Notes: generated by a model from the letters alone, not told the origin. Counted from the stretch's first letter, positions 18,401 through 29,430 are shown. The stretch is 64,000 nt of DNA from Candidatus Thorarchaeota archaeon (GCA_020348985.1 CP070761.1:2571912-2635911), one strand, 5' to 3'. Translations and numbers: made by a program.

Positions 18401-18525
18401 TTATCAGACCTCCAAGAACGTTGCATTATCATCCCAGATGTCCATTAGCCACTCATGCTTTAAACATAGAGTAAGCGAGCGAAGATTCAAAGCCTGGCCG
18501 ACATTGAGATGATGTGTGATTCGGG

Positions 18526-19974
18526 TTGGGTAGTCTTCCTGGAAAACTTCGGAGTAGAGTACTTTCTGTCATATGCCCTACACCAGAGGAGATTAGAGAC
18601 CAGCGAGCCGCGATTGATACATTGAGGCAAGCACTTGAGCTGAGGGCAGACAATATTGGCCAGTCATACTCATTCATCGAAGCCCAAGGTTCCACGGGGA
18701 AGAAACAGACGCAATTGGCGGGTATATCAGATATCGATCTCTTTGTTGGACTTCGCGTGCAGGACTTTCAAGACATATTCATGAAAGACCCTAAGGAGAG
18801 ACACAAACATGTAGGAAAGGTCCTCGATAGCCTGGTGGATGATTGGTTTATTCCGGCCGTACAGACATTGGAGGCCACGAATGTGCAGAAGACCTACTCA
18901 CAGCATCCATACTTGTCTCTCACTCTAATGGGTCTTGACGTGGACATACTCTCTTGTTTTGATATTTCTGCAGAAGCTATCGCTAATGACGGCCCGATCA
19001 CTGCTGTTGATAGGACTGTTCATCACTCCAATTTCGTTGCAGAGAATCTCACGCCTGAGAAGAGGGAAGATGTGAGGCTCCTCAAATCATTCGTTCGTGC
19101 TTGTCACGCCTATGGCGACGATTGCGCAATCGGGAGGATGGGTTTCACGGGTTATTCACTTGAGCTGCTAGTCCTAGACTCTGATAGCTTCGCGGACGCG
19201 ATACGAAGGATTGCACGGCTTAGAGTTGAACCTTTGGATCCAAAAGGTCGAAGCGTCGAGAAGCTTCGTAGTATTCCCTCCTTCCGTGATGACTACATAC
19301 TGATAATTGATCCAACAGATCACGGAAGAAACGTAGCGTCAAGTTTCGATGAGCGAGCGGTACGATGGGTTCAACACAAGGCGAGACAGGTTGAGGAGTA
19401 CTTAGAGAGAGGAATCCTAGAAGAGAATGCTGAGATTCTTATTGAAGAGGCGATATCTGAAGAGCCCCTCCCAGAGTCAGTCCGGAATCATGCTCTCTCG
19501 TTCGAGTTCCTGTCCGACGCGACAGTCCATTATACAGTCCAAAGGGACAAGCTTTACCGTCTGGCCAGGCGCATCTCTTCGCAACTGGAGCGGGAAGAAA
19601 CTGGCGAAGTTAGATTCGGCAGGTCACTTGCGGAGGTCTACTTCGAAGGTACAAGATTTGCTTTAGGGATATTTGTTCAGAGGGCGTCAGTCTCAGAAGA
19701 CTACGTCCGGCAGGGACCCCCGGTCGAGATGAAAGACGCTGCTGAGAGATTCATTCAAACGCATCCTGGGGCGTTTGAGGATGCAGGGCGATTGTGGGCT
19801 GAAGTGACCAGGAAGTGGACTGATGCGGGAATGCTGGCTAAGTACATAATCAGACATCATTCAATCAAGGGATTGACTCTAGTTTCAGAGAAAACAGCAG
19901 TATCAAGAAAAGCACTGAGAGCACTCTATGAGTATGTCTTGCACGTAGAGAAGGACTTTACCACAGAAGAATGA
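18526..19974 (+). CDS. cca: Archaeal (class I) CCA-adding enzyme
   Basis: GS..K.T.L...DIDLF, HPY, TAVDRT.HH, GFTGYSLELL, DPTD..RNVA and GPP. Confidence 0.93.
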   Translation: MGSLPGKLRSRVLSVICPTPEEIRDQRAAIDTLRQALELRADNIGQSYSFIEAQGSTGKKQTQLAGISDIDLFVGLRVQDFQDIFMKDPKERHKHVGKVLDSLVDDWFIPAVQTLEATNVQKTYSQHPYLSLTLMGLDVDILSCFDISAEAIANDGPITAVDRTVHHSNFVAENLTPEKREDVRLLKSFVRACHAYGDDCAIGRMGFTGYSLELLVLDSDSFADAIRRIARLRVEPLDPKGRSVEKLRSIPSFRDDYILIIDPTDHGRNVASSFDERAVRWVQHKARQVEEYLERGILEENAEILIEEAISEEPLPESVRNHALSFEFLSDATVHYTVQRDKLYRLARRISSQLEREETGEVRFGRSLAEVYFEGTRFALGIFVQRASVSEDYVRQGPPVEMKDAAERFIQTHPGAFEDAGRLWAEVTRKWTDAGMLAKYIIRHHSIKGLTLVSEKTAVSRKALRALYEYVLHVEKDFTTEE

Positions 19975-20018
19975 AAGAGTTTAAGGAACTAAGAAACAGT
20001 CTCGAAAGGGGAGGAAGC

Positions 20019-21092
20019 ATGCCAAGTCGCTCGATTGCATTCATTTCTCATCCAGAGCCCGGCCAGCATATTCAGCCATTTCCTAGACCACATCTTGAGT
20101 CATTTGAGAATCCCCTGAGAGCTCAAATGGCTGAGTTACATCTCAGGAACAGAGGGCTACTAGATGAGATGTCCGTCTTTGAGGCGGTAGAGGCGGACTC
20201 CAGTGATGTTCTCAGTGTGCATTCCGAGTATGTTCTGGACACAGCCATGCTTATGACAGATTTGGGATCCGGACAGCTGGGAGAAGCGGCCTATGCCAGC
20301 CCGGAACTATTGCGATCAGCTCTTCTTTCTACCGGAGGTGCAAAGCTGGCTGCAAATCTGGTCACTGAACCAGACTACATTCACTCGTTTTCTCTCATGA
20401 GACCTCCAGGTCATCATGCAACCTCATCAGCGTCTATGGGCCTCTGCTACTTCAACAACATCGCCATCGCAGCGAGAAGTATTCAAACAGAGGTAGGCAT
20501 AAAGCGAATCTCGATAGTCGACATCGATGATCATTTTGGCAACGGGACCGCAGAAATCTTCTATTCAGACCCTAGTGTTCAGTACATAAGCATACACGAG
20601 TATGACTATGAGAGTCTGGGTCTTGGACATTACTATGAAGTTGGACAGGGGAAGGCTAAGGGTACAAACATCAACATCCCACTTGTTGAAATGAGTCAAG
20701 ACGAGTCGTATAACTCAGCATTTGAGAGAGTAGTTCTCCCTGCCATCAAGAGTTTCAAACCGGAAGTGATTGGTGTGTCTGCTGGATTTGACGCACACTA
20801 TTCGGATCCAGTGGGAAACATGAACATAGACTCAAAGACGTTTTGGTGGATTGGCCGAGAAGTGAATAGTCTTGTTCAGGACTTGAAGCTGCAGGGTTCT
20901 TTCTGGGTACTCGAGGGAGGTTACAATCCGTTTTCACTAGGACCCTGTATAGAGGCAAGTCTACGGGGCTTGGCGGGAGAGGAGACGCCTGAACTTGAAG
21001 ATCAGTGCGAGAGAGTCATAAATCAAGAGTTGATAGACGCAAACAACGAGATAATTGATGCAGTTCTTGAGACTGTCGAAGTGTACTGGTAG
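20019..21092 (+). CDS. Zn-dependent histone deacetylase-family protein
   Basis: RPPGHHA, CYFNN, DIDDHFGNGT, SAGFDAH and LEGGY; ATG 20019 follows GGAGG (track start 19971). Confidence 0.93.
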   Translation: MPSRSIAFISHPEPGQHIQPFPRPHLESFENPLRAQMAELHLRNRGLLDEMSVFEAVEADSSDVLSVHSEYVLDTAMLMTDLGSGQLGEAAYASPELLRSALLSTGGAKLAANLVTEPDYIHSFSLMRPPGHHATSSASMGLCYFNNIAIAARSIQTEVGIKRISIVDIDDHFGNGTAEIFYSDPSVQYISIHEYDYESLGLGHYYEVGQGKAKGTNINIPLVEMSQDESYNSAFERVVLPAIKSFKPEVIGVSAGFDAHYSDPVGNMNIDSKTFWWIGREVNSLVQDLKLQGSFWVLEGGYNPFSLGPCIEASLRGLAGEETPELEDQCERVINQELIDANNEIIDAVLETVEVYW

Positions 21093-21195
21093 TCGATTAG
21101 TGGTGAGAAGAAGATTTGCATCTTTGGGTGCCAAGGCTAAGATTTTAAGCGGAGCATCCTAGGCGCGCAAGAGCAGCATAATAGGTGAGAATCCA

Positions 21196-21480
21196 ATGGC
21201 CAAGAAACGAAAGTCCGGAGGGCGCGCAAAAGGCAGCTCCGGAAAGAGCGGCGCGGTCCAATGCTCAAAATGTGGACGTGTCGTTCCTGCAGACAAGGCG
21301 AAGAAATACACAAAGAGAGTCTCATCGGTCGATCCGCAACTAGCAAGAGAACTAAGGAAGCAAGGTAGCTTCATTCCAGCGCGTCGAGTAACAGAGTACT
21401 ACTGCGTTAGCTGCGCAGTTCACTCTGGCAGAGTCCAGATAAGACAGGCCAGCGAGAGAAGAACGAGAGGCAGACGTTAG
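21196..21480 (+). CDS. rps26e: Ribosomal protein eS26
   Basis: KKRKSGGR, VQCSKCGRVVPADKA and YCVSCAVH. Confidence 0.96.
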   Translation: MAKKRKSGGRAKGSSGKSGAVQCSKCGRVVPADKAKKYTKRVSSVDPQLARELRKQGSFIPARRVTEYYCVSCAVHSGRVQIRQASERRTRGRR

Positions 21481-21554
21481 AACTCAAACTCACGATGTCC
21501 GACCTGCTGAATACCAACCTAATGCGGAAGACACTTGCTTAGCTGGTAGGCCAA

Positions 21555-22148
21555 ATGCCAACTTCGATAGGCCTTATTCGCTTCATCCAACTACTTCCTT
21601 CTGTGCCTGTGAGCAGTGATTTCACCCTGAGAGACCTCCCAGGTTCTGGAAAGAGAATAGACATCCTATGTCGAGATTTGGCGGCATGCTTCGATTGGGG
21701 ACCAACGACTTGGCCAAAAGAGAATCTTGAATTTGTCGCGCTATTTGAAGACAAGCTAGCAATCACCATCCGATTCCCCTCAGAGAAGACTCCGTCCGGG
21801 GAAGTAGAATGGGCCACCGTAATAGCCGATGCACTAAGAGGGGTGGAATATGATTTTGTGTCGGTTGAACCGACAAACCTCTTGAACGTCATTCTGAAGC
21901 TAAAGAACGAACCGCAAGGCAACCTGTGGATCCTAGATGAGTCTGGGAATCCACTAGATGATGTTCTTGGCCCTATTCTATCGTCGCAGAACAGTTTTAT
22001 GCTGGGAGACCATCAGGGCTTTGATTCTCGGGACCTTGAGACCTTCGAGAATCAGGAGATTGTTAGCGTCTCTTTGGGAGATCTGAGCTATCTGAGTAGC
22101 CACTGTGTGGCTGCAATAATCTCCAAGATGGAAAGGAGGGTTGCCTGA
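21555..22148 (+). CDS. trmY: tRNA (pseudouridine54-N1)-methyltransferase (SPOUT)
   Basis: FTLRDLPGSGKRIDILCR, FMLGDHQG and SLG..SYLSSHC. Confidence 0.85.
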   Translation: MPTSIGLIRFIQLLPSVPVSSDFTLRDLPGSGKRIDILCRDLAACFDWGPTTWPKENLEFVALFEDKLAITIRFPSEKTPSGEVEWATVIADALRGVEYDFVSVEPTNLLNVILKLKNEPQGNLWILDESGNPLDDVLGPILSSQNSFMLGDHQGFDSRDLETFENQEIVSVSLGDLSYLSSHCVAAIISKMERRVA

Positions 22149-22496
22149 GTGCCTGAAGACAAGGAAATTGAAATCTCCAAAGCCATGACAAGATTGGTCA
22201 AGAAACTGACCAAGGAGATGCTTTGGATCTACATTCTACGATTGCTTCAAGAGAGACCTCACTATGGCTACGAGATAAAGGAGCTTGTCACAAAGAGGTT
22301 CAGTTTCTCTCCGGCAACTGTTAGTGGCTATGCCATTATTTATCGACTAACGAAGGATGGATTGATTGAAGAGCAAAGAACTGGCGACTCTCCGAGAAAG
22401 TACTATGGCATCACAGAGAAGGGACTTTGTGCAATGAGAGAAGCAAAGGATTTCCTAGGACGCACGTTGGAAACTGTTTTTGATATTACTGAGTAG
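22149..22496 (+). CDS. PadR family regulator
   Basis: HYGYEI, Y..IYRL..DGLI and RKYYGITEKG. Confidence 0.92.
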   Translation: MPEDKEIEISKAMTRLVKKLTKEMLWIYILRLLQERPHYGYEIKELVTKRFSFSPATVSGYAIIYRLTKDGLIEEQRTGDSPRKYYGITEKGLCAMREAKDFLGRTLETVFDITE

Positions 22497-22508
22497 GTCC
22501 CAACTGCT

Positions 22509-23441
22509 TCAGCGAAATTCCACCTTTTCTAAGAGGTACTCACTTCTTCGCGCGACCTCTTCAAGATCAACGCTAATCTTGTGGCTTTCTCTCTCAATCA
22601 GTATACTCGCAGTACATGTCGCAAAGATTCCGCTGTCCAAATGGTTGTAACCATTCAGCATCTGAGAAGCAAAAGCTGCGAGGAACGCATCACCTGCTAT
22701 GGTGCAGTCCCGCGCAACTGATTCGAAACTGGGAAAGATGACAAAATCAGATCCATCGAATAGAATGCTCCCCTTTTCCCCCATCGTCACTACAGCAGTA
22801 TCGCAGCCATTCTCTACAAGCATCTCAACGGCCACGAATAGGTCGCTCTGGCCGGTTAGAGCTTCTGCTTCCTTCTCATTTACTTGGATCTGATGGACCA
22901 AACCCACAATCTCTTCCAACAGGTCATTGCCACCAACAAGCTCAATCTTACCACCATTGGTCGTTTTCTGGAGCAGCCCTCGCGGATCAAGAATTATCCT
23001 AGCATTAGTAGCTCCTGACAACCAGTCGATGAATTCAACATCAATCTCCCTGTGACTTGGAGTCATAAGGACTATTCTGGATTTGAGAAGCTCGGCAGGA
23101 AAGTCCGAAATCCGAATTCGATTGGCGAGCCCAATGACCTGTAATGATTCAGAATCACCATCACTGTAATCTACTTCAAATCCGCCGGTTGCCTTTGAAG
23201 GTAAAAGCACTGATTCTGCAAATGGGTAGTCACTGAGATCCTGCAAGAACTCTGCGCGAAAGTCATCGCCAAGGCATCCTACAATAGCGGCTTGCTCAAC
23301 TCCAAGATGAGCAGCGACTCTAAACACATTGGCTGCCGATCCAGAGAGGACTCTGTCTTTCGTATCAAGCAACGGTGACACGAATCTGTTATAATGAGGG
23401 TTGCCTACGACAACCAAGTCATACGTTATCGACGCTGTCAC
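22509..23441 (-). CDS. PfkB/ribokinase-family kinase
   Basis: NEKEA, VTMGEKGS and DCTIAGDAF. Confidence 0.9.
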   Translation of the reverse strand: MTASITYDLVVVGNPHYNRFVSPLLDTKDRVLSGSAANVFRVAAHLGVEQAAIVGCLGDDFRAEFLQDLSDYPFAESVLLPSKATGGFEVDYSDGDSESLQVIGLANRIRISDFPAELLKSRIVLMTPSHREIDVEFIDWLSGATNARIILDPRGLLQKTTNGGKIELVGGNDLLEEIVGLVHQIQVNEKEAEALTGQSDLFVAVEMLVENGCDTAVVTMGEKGSILFDGSDFVIFPSFESVARDCTIAGDAFLAAFASQMLNGYNHLDSGIFATCTASILIERESHKISVDLEEVARRSEYLLEKVEFR

Positions 23442-24120
23442 TCCTTGGCTCCCCTATGACCTTTCTGGCGTATAGCAAACGTTGGATGACCGTGATGTGT
23501 GATAGAAGCCCGACTATCACCACGCATAGCGTGAGTATGTTGGTTATCGACAATACATCAATCATGAAGACCGGGACTGAGGCGGAGTATCCCATCCATC
23601 CATCAACGGGATCCACCATAAGCAGAAGAATGCCGACGAATGTCAGGATGAGCTTCTCTTGCCGCTCGGCAATTCCCACCGAACAGTCGTCCATTCCGCC
23701 AACAGATTCTGCTTTGGCTCTTGTGAAGCTGGCCATGACCATACCAAAAAGAGCAAAGTAGCCCCAGACCCAATGCAGGAACTTCTGGAGAGAGGCAGCG
23801 GGCCCCAACATAAGTCCAAAGAGAAAAAGGAACTCAGCATATCTGTCAAGAGTGTGGTCTAGAGTGGCACCAAAAGGTGAGCTCATGTTGTTCGCCCTTG
23901 CAACGGCACCGTCAAACATGTCCAGAATGACTGTGAATACCATCGTTAGTAGGCCAAGTAGTAGATCTCCGAAATAGAAGAACCAGGCCGTGAGGATTGC
24001 TATAGCAAGAGTGAGCACGCTAATGGCATTGGGAGTTATCCCAGTTTTGGCGATTACTCTTCCAATCGGCATCATCATTGCCTGATAGCGTTCTCGTAGA
24101 CGACCCAACATCGAGTTCAC
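23419..24120 (-). CDS. CDP-alcohol phosphatidyltransferase (archaetidylinositol-phosphate synthase-like)
   Basis: TPNAIS, DMFDGAVAR...FGATLDHTLDR, SFTRAKAE and GIAERQE. Confidence 0.9.
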   Translation of the reverse strand: MNSMLGRLRERYQAMMMPIGRVIAKTGITPNAISVLTLAIAILTAWFFYFGDLLLGLLTMVFTVILDMFDGAVARANNMSSPFGATLDHTLDRYAEFLFLFGLMLGPAASLQKFLHWVWGYFALFGMVMASFTRAKAESVGGMDDCSVGIAERQEKLILTFVGILLLMVDPVDGWMGYSASVPVFMIDVLSITNILTLCVVIVGLLSHITVIQRLLYARKVIGEPRSDSVDNV

Positions 24121-24188
24121 ATTTCCGGCCCATTGGCTGGGGTCGGCAACTTCGTTTCGTTAATAAACGTGTTGAGAAGGGCTTTCGT

Positions 24189-25868
24189 TTACCCTACCAA
24201 TTCCAGCGCGTCTGTTATTCTACGAATAACCCAATCTCTTCCGAGCATGTTGATGAAAGGTGCAAGACGTGGACCAGACTTTCTGGATATAAGAATTCGG
24301 TAGAGCACAACGAATGCACGTTTCTCTTTTAGTCCCAATTCTCTTGCAATACCGAATACTGCTGATTGCAGGGTTTCATCGTCCATCTCTTCTGCTCGAA
24401 GCTTCTCGAGAAAGCCTTGGAGAAACCTAATGTCAAGCTCAGTCAGCGTTTCTATGATGCTGCTAGGAACCAAGTCAGGGACATCAACACGGTCCCGATT
24501 AGAACCAAACTCTTGTACCCACTTCAGAGCTCTATCAAGCCTTCTTCGGATATTGCGACGAGACTCTGCCGAGACGGACTCAAGGCTGTACTGTCTCTGG
24601 ATAGCATATTCGCTTCGACTCATCACCATGTCTGAACCAATCACACTTTCAAGCTGGGACATCACAATTGCGAATTTGAACGGGATATTGGGAGTGAACT
24701 CCTCTGGCACTGCACCAGACAGACATAGTGGATACAGCAACCTAGCCAGCTCATCATCGATGGCGCTTTCAGCGTCTATGCCATAATATGTCCGTTCAAG
24801 TCTCTCAAATTCGTCAGTCATGTCCGGAACTTTCTCAGGCATAATGTTGATCGCTCTGTTGAGATCTGTCTTCAGCATGATGAACCTGTAAAGCTCAGGT
24901 GGTGCAATTGCGGACCATCGCTTCGGGATGAACACAATACCCTCCGACGAACTCATGTCCCGCCCCCCAATCCGAACCCACTCAAATGGCACCTTCACAG
25001 GGCCCTCCCATCCAAACACTCTTCGAGATATCTCTAGACCAGAGTCATAAGATCCTCCTTTGACAGCATGGTCTTTCCCCGCAGGTTCACATGTCACATC
25101 CAGCACATGCCATTTGGCCGGCCAGTCTACTCTCCATGAAAGTTTGACGCGAATGGAATCTAGAGGGAGAGTGTTGGCATGACCACAAGCCGGACAGTTA
25201 AAGGAGACCATATCCTTCTCTGCGTCGTAATTCGTTACTCTGTTTGGGACGATCTCCCCTTTTGCACCAGACTGCAGTCGACCGCAGTCCGGACAAACAA
25301 CTGTTGCGGGATACCAGCTTCTAATCGATTCAATGTATTCCTTTTGCTGTTCATCGTTGAAATCTCGTGCCACGTATTCAATTAGTATCTCCCGGATGGT
25401 ATCTGTATTGAGAAGACAAGTACGTACCGCTTGCTTCATTTCGGGGGTTTCGTAGAGCTTGTGATGCCAAATGACCTCAGGATCGACTCCAAACTCCGGA
25501 AATGTTTCAATTAGTTCGTTGGCGTGGTGCTCGCCGTAACTCTGACAACAACCAAACTCATCTGGAACATCAGAGTAGGGAATTCCAGCCCACTCATCCA
25601 GGGAAAGCGAACTCGACCCAGGGAGCGAGCGCAACGGATCGAAGTCATCTACGATGAACAGCGTACAAGACTTCAGACCCCTTTCGCGAAGCTCACGCAT
25701 TATAACATCGCAGATTACGAGCTCGCGCATGAAGCCTAAGTGAATCGAGCCGCTTACGCTTTTTCCAGAACTGATTCGATACTCCTCTACGTTGCGCTCG
25801 GCAACCTTGTCGACTACGTCACGTATCCAGTGAATTGAGTACTCATCGTCTGGGGGTTCGTGTGTCAT
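24189..25868 (-). CDS. lysS: Lysyl-tRNA synthetase, class I
   Basis: HW, SG.IHLG, KLSWRVDWPAKW, EPAGKDH, MSSS.G and SGPRL. Confidence 0.96.
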   Translation of the reverse strand: MTHEPPDDEYSIHWIRDVVDKVAERNVEEYRISSGKSVSGSIHLGFMRELVICDVIMRELRERGLKSCTLFIVDDFDPLRSLPGSSSLSLDEWAGIPYSDVPDEFGCCQSYGEHHANELIETFPEFGVDPEVIWHHKLYETPEMKQAVRTCLLNTDTIREILIEYVARDFNDEQQKEYIESIRSWYPATVVCPDCGRLQSGAKGEIVPNRVTNYDAEKDMVSFNCPACGHANTLPLDSIRVKLSWRVDWPAKWHVLDVTCEPAGKDHAVKGGSYDSGLEISRRVFGWEGPVKVPFEWVRIGGRDMSSSEGIVFIPKRWSAIAPPELYRFIMLKTDLNRAINIMPEKVPDMTDEFERLERTYYGIDAESAIDDELARLLYPLCLSGAVPEEFTPNIPFKFAIVMSQLESVIGSDMVMSRSEYAIQRQYSLESVSAESRRNIRRRLDRALKWVQEFGSNRDRVDVPDLVPSSIIETLTELDIRFLQGFLEKLRAEEMDDETLQSAVFGIARELGLKEKRAFVVLYRILISRKSGPRLAPFINMLGRDWVIRRITDALELVG

Positions 25869-25916
25869 TGGTCATCCAAACGGGACTTCCCCTGTCGGTG
25901 CTAAAGAAACTTGTCC

Positions 25917-27767
25917 TCAAACAGAGAACTCAGAGACACGCAAGTCAGTTCCACTATTGAAGATGAGATACACCGGGACAGCTGCAATAATCACTACTAA
26001 CACCAAGGAGAGAAGCATTGTCACTATAGCTAATGGAAGGTAGAGAACAGACGGAACCGCAGCTTCAGGAACGAGGAGGTACACACTGAAGATTGTGGCA
26101 AACGCTATTGAAGGAATACCTGAGCCGAACCCAATGGCAACTCCTTCAGCAATCATTGTTTTAGCTACAAACGAGGGCGCTGCACCAATTGACCTCATAA
26201 TCACATAGTCCCTGAATCTTCCAAAGACTGAAACTAACAAGTAATTCATGAGACTGAGAAAAGCGCTGATGATTGCCATAATCGGTAGCGGCTGCAATAG
26301 AAACCAGAAGGCTGACACAGTTGCCAAGTTGCCTTGCAGAACATCTTCTTGAAGGTATATACCTAGGCCCCGGGTTGATGCCATTCCACTGATTTGCGAA
26401 ATCAGCGTCTCAGAGTACTCATCAAGCTGAACGAGGACCAGATTGACTCCATCGATGCCCCAGGCAGACTGCATCTCGGCCAGACTCATGAAGGCGGTCT
26501 TGCCTCCATTGAGAATCTCGAATGCTATGGCTCTGACTGCCAGTGAGCTTCCTCCGACATCGATACTCTGGATGAGCGGGTCTACAAACATGCCAGTTGC
26601 CAGCTCCCCACCTATCCAAGCTTGCTGCGAACCGTTGACTTGAGATCCCTCAAAGTACCAGTCAGATATCGTGCTTCCCCACTCGAGCCCTACAATCAGT
26701 GCAGAATCTGTTCTGTCCTCTCCAATCCGTTCATACATCTCTGTTGTTGGATTCCAGACAATCGCCGGATTCTCTATTACAGGTGCAAAATCGACCAGCC
26801 TTTGTTCAACTCTGACGACTCCCGGCATCTCTAGAAACTCCTCGACAAGATCTGACGGCACTAGATCTGAAGAATTCAGATAGCTGAAGCTTTCGTCAAG
26901 CAGTGTGCCACTCAGAGAATATGCCGAATAGTATTCATTCAGCAATGTCGGATTTCCGATGGCCACAACATTCTGACCCATTGACCGGACAATGTAGGCG
27001 TCGGTTGTAGTTTCAATGATGCCCCCACCAATCCATAGCATTGCCGCAAGTGAAATGCTCAGGAATAGAGAGACCATCGTCCGCCGAGACCCACTTATTC
27101 TTCGGCCCGTAGCTTTAGTAGCTACCTTGAAAGGCAGTCCAAAGCTGTCCAAAAACCCGGACTTCCGTACTCTGGAGCCAAGTTCTGGATTCATTGTTGT
27201 GATTGGTGATTCGTGAACTGCATCGTAGATAGGCTTCTGCGCAGCCAAATAACCAGCAAAGAGATAGATGATGACCACCAATCCAAGCTGAAGCCAGGGA
27301 AATTCGAAGGTCAGCCTGACTGCAGGCAAGACTGATGACAGCCACAGAAGTCCACCCAGATAAAGAGCCAGTCCAAAAACCACACCGAGGACTGTTCCTC
27401 CTACTAGCAATATCAATGCCTGGGCCATGAAATGGTCAAAGATTGTGTCCATGAGCGTTCCGATTGATTTCATCAAACCAATGTCCTTTCGACGGCTCAC
27501 CATCTCCAATGAAATAGTACTAGAAACGACTACACCACCAAGTAGCAGAACCAATATCAGAGTGGCCCAGATGAAGGACTGGAAGAAGACACCAAGAGCT
27601 GAACTGAGCCCGCCGGAGGTCAGAACCGATGTTACATCCAGGAGAATATTCCCGAAGAGGAACAGAAACGTGGTTGTAGCTACAACACAAGTGAGAGTTA
27701 TCATCATCAGTGTTGAGCGAAACGGACGTCTCTTCAGGTCTGTAGATGCATAGTCCTGCTGGGACAT
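25917..27767 (-). CDS. FtsX/MacB-like ABC permease with two FtsX domains
   Basis: RRKDIGLMKSIG and RFRDYVIMRSIGA; large extracytoplasmic loop. Confidence 0.9.
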   Translation of the reverse strand: MSQQDYASTDLKRRPFRSTLMMITLTCVVATTTFLFLFGNILLDVTSVLTSGGLSSALGVFFQSFIWATLILVLLLGGVVVSSTISLEMVSRRKDIGLMKSIGTLMDTIFDHFMAQALILLVGGTVLGVVFGLALYLGGLLWLSSVLPAVRLTFEFPWLQLGLVVIIYLFAGYLAAQKPIYDAVHESPITTMNPELGSRVRKSGFLDSFGLPFKVATKATGRRISGSRRTMVSLFLSISLAAMLWIGGGIIETTTDAYIVRSMGQNVVAIGNPTLLNEYYSAYSLSGTLLDESFSYLNSSDLVPSDLVEEFLEMPGVVRVEQRLVDFAPVIENPAIVWNPTTEMYERIGEDRTDSALIVGLEWGSTISDWYFEGSQVNGSQQAWIGGELATGMFVDPLIQSIDVGGSSLAVRAIAFEILNGGKTAFMSLAEMQSAWGIDGVNLVLVQLDEYSETLISQISGMASTRGLGIYLQEDVLQGNLATVSAFWFLLQPLPIMAIISAFLSLMNYLLVSVFGRFRDYVIMRSIGAAPSFVAKTMIAEGVAIGFGSGIPSIAFATIFSVYLLVPEAAVPSVLYLPLAIVTMLLSLVLVVIIAAVPVYLIFNSGTDLRVSEFSV

Positions 27768-28517
27768 TCAGATCAATTCTCCGTTGGACATCTTCAAATG
27801 ACGCGCACTCTCGGTATGGATTATGTCCAAATCATGAGTCATCACAATGACGGCCTTCCCTTTGGCGTTCAGTTGTCTGAGGAGCGACCTCACCATCTCT
27901 GCACTATCCTCGTCCAAGTTAGCCGTAGGCTCATCAGCAAGAATTATCGGAGGGTCGTTTGCCATCGCTCTAGCAATTGCGACTCTTTGCTGCTCGCCAG
28001 AACTGAGCTGCCAAGGCAAGTGATCAAATCGTTCCTCAAGGCCAACTGTGGTGAGTAATACTTGAGCGTCGTGTGTTAGTTCACCTATCGGCTTGGTCGA
28101 AAGCTGCATGGGAAACATGACATTCTCCAAGGCTGTCAGAGTGGAGATCAGATTATAACTCTGGAAGATGAACCCTGTATTCTGAAGTCTGAAATTCGAA
28201 CGGAAAGTCTCGTCATAGTCTCCTATGGGAACATCCATGACGATAACTCTACCTTCGGATGCCACGTCGATTGCCCCAATGATATTCAGAAGCGTGGTCT
28301 TTCCCGATCCAGAGTGGCCAGAGATTACAACAAACTCTCCTGGCTTCACATCCAGGGTGACCTGTCTCAGCGCTTCAATGCGCCTCTTACCCAGTTTGAA
28401 GGTTCTTGAGACTCCCTCTAGTCGCACTGCACTCCTGACTATATCGAGTCCATCAAGCTCATCAATGTCAATCTCTTCATCTTCGATGTGACTTCCTAGT
28501 ACTGTGTCTTCATCCAT
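27768..28517 (-). CDS. ABC ATP-binding protein (LolD type)
   Basis: [16 protein letters not shown] and DEPTANLD; probable start 28517. Confidence 0.95.
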   Translation of the reverse strand: MDEDTVLGSHIEDEEIDIDELDGLDIVRSAVRLEGVSRTFKLGKRRIEALRQVTLDVKPGEFVVISGHSGSGKTTLLNIIGAIDVASEGRVIVMDVPIGDYDETFRSNFRLQNTGFIFQSYNLISTLTALENVMFPMQLSTKPIGELTHDAQVLLTTVGLEERFDHLPWQLSSGEQQRVAIARAMANDPPIILADEPTANLDEDSAEMVRSLLRQLNAKGKAVIVMTHDLDIIHTESARHLKMSNGELI

Positions 28518-28608
28518 TGTTCTTGACCCTCTATGGAGATGCCTGCAAGTGGTCGTAATTGCGAATTCAGAGCCAATCCTCTTGAAGATAAGGATAGGGG
28601 TTGTTGAG

Positions 28609-29364
28609 CTAATGCACCAGTAGATCATGGTTTATTAGTGCGTCCCGGGCCCAATCCGATAGTATAAGTGGGCGCTCTCTTCCGAAGACCTTGATTGTAC
28701 TCAGTATGTCCATTTGCACGAGCTGACTGGTGTAATAGCTAATCAGACTTTTGTCAACTGCTAAGGTTCTGCTTAGCTCGGCTTGTGTCATTCTTCCGTT
28801 TGCGAGCCCTTCAACAAGAATCGACCTTATCGTGGGATTTCTGGCGGAAGCAGCTAGTCTCAGAACAGAATCCTCAATTGAGAAGCTGCTCGGGAAGAAA
28901 TGCCTAGTGTTCCCTTGCCTAATACTAATTACCTCGGCCTCCCGTTCCAAGCTGATTAGGTGGTATTGAAGTGCACCCATGGCGCATCCTAATGCTCTAT
29001 GAAGCTCTCTTAGATGAATACCCGGACTGGCTGCTATTTCGTCCGCCACCCGGTCTCTAAGCTTCTTGTTTCGGACCTCCTCCCGCCGTTCAGTCGCGAC
29101 AGTGCCAACGATCAGGAATAGGGCATATGTGGTGAGACTGTTCACCATCGTATCTGGAAAGAGAGCAAGAGTACCGCCACTTACAGTTGCTGTGACCATG
29201 TCAATCCGCATCTTGGATGTGGCCGACATTACGGGTTCAGAGGCCTCAGCCACCGCAAGCGTTCCGTTTCCCGGCCCTGCGCTAGACATCAGTATGGAAA
29301 GAAGACTGGTCATAACTAGGGCAGCTGCAATTGCAACAGCTATTCTACGGCCTATCCGTCCCAT
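28609..29364 (-). CDS. Membrane-anchored double winged-helix regulator
   Basis: N-terminal TMs; PGIHLRELHR..GALQYHL and MTQAELSR..SLISYY HTH motifs. Confidence 0.8.
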   Translation of the reverse strand: MGRIGRRIAVAIAAALVMTSLLSILMSSAGPGNGTLAVAEASEPVMSATSKMRIDMVTATVSGGTLALFPDTMVNSLTTYALFLIVGTVATERREEVRNKKLRDRVADEIAASPGIHLRELHRALGCAMGALQYHLISLEREAEVISIRQGNTRHFFPSSFSIEDSVLRLAASARNPTIRSILVEGLANGRMTQAELSRTLAVDKSLISYYTSQLVQMDILSTIKVFGRERPLILSDWARDALINHDLLVH

Positions 29365-29430
29365 AGTACTGACCGTACAGGCATTCGGACTTTTGCACTT
29401 AAGTGCAGTCGTTGGAGTAAGAATGTACTA

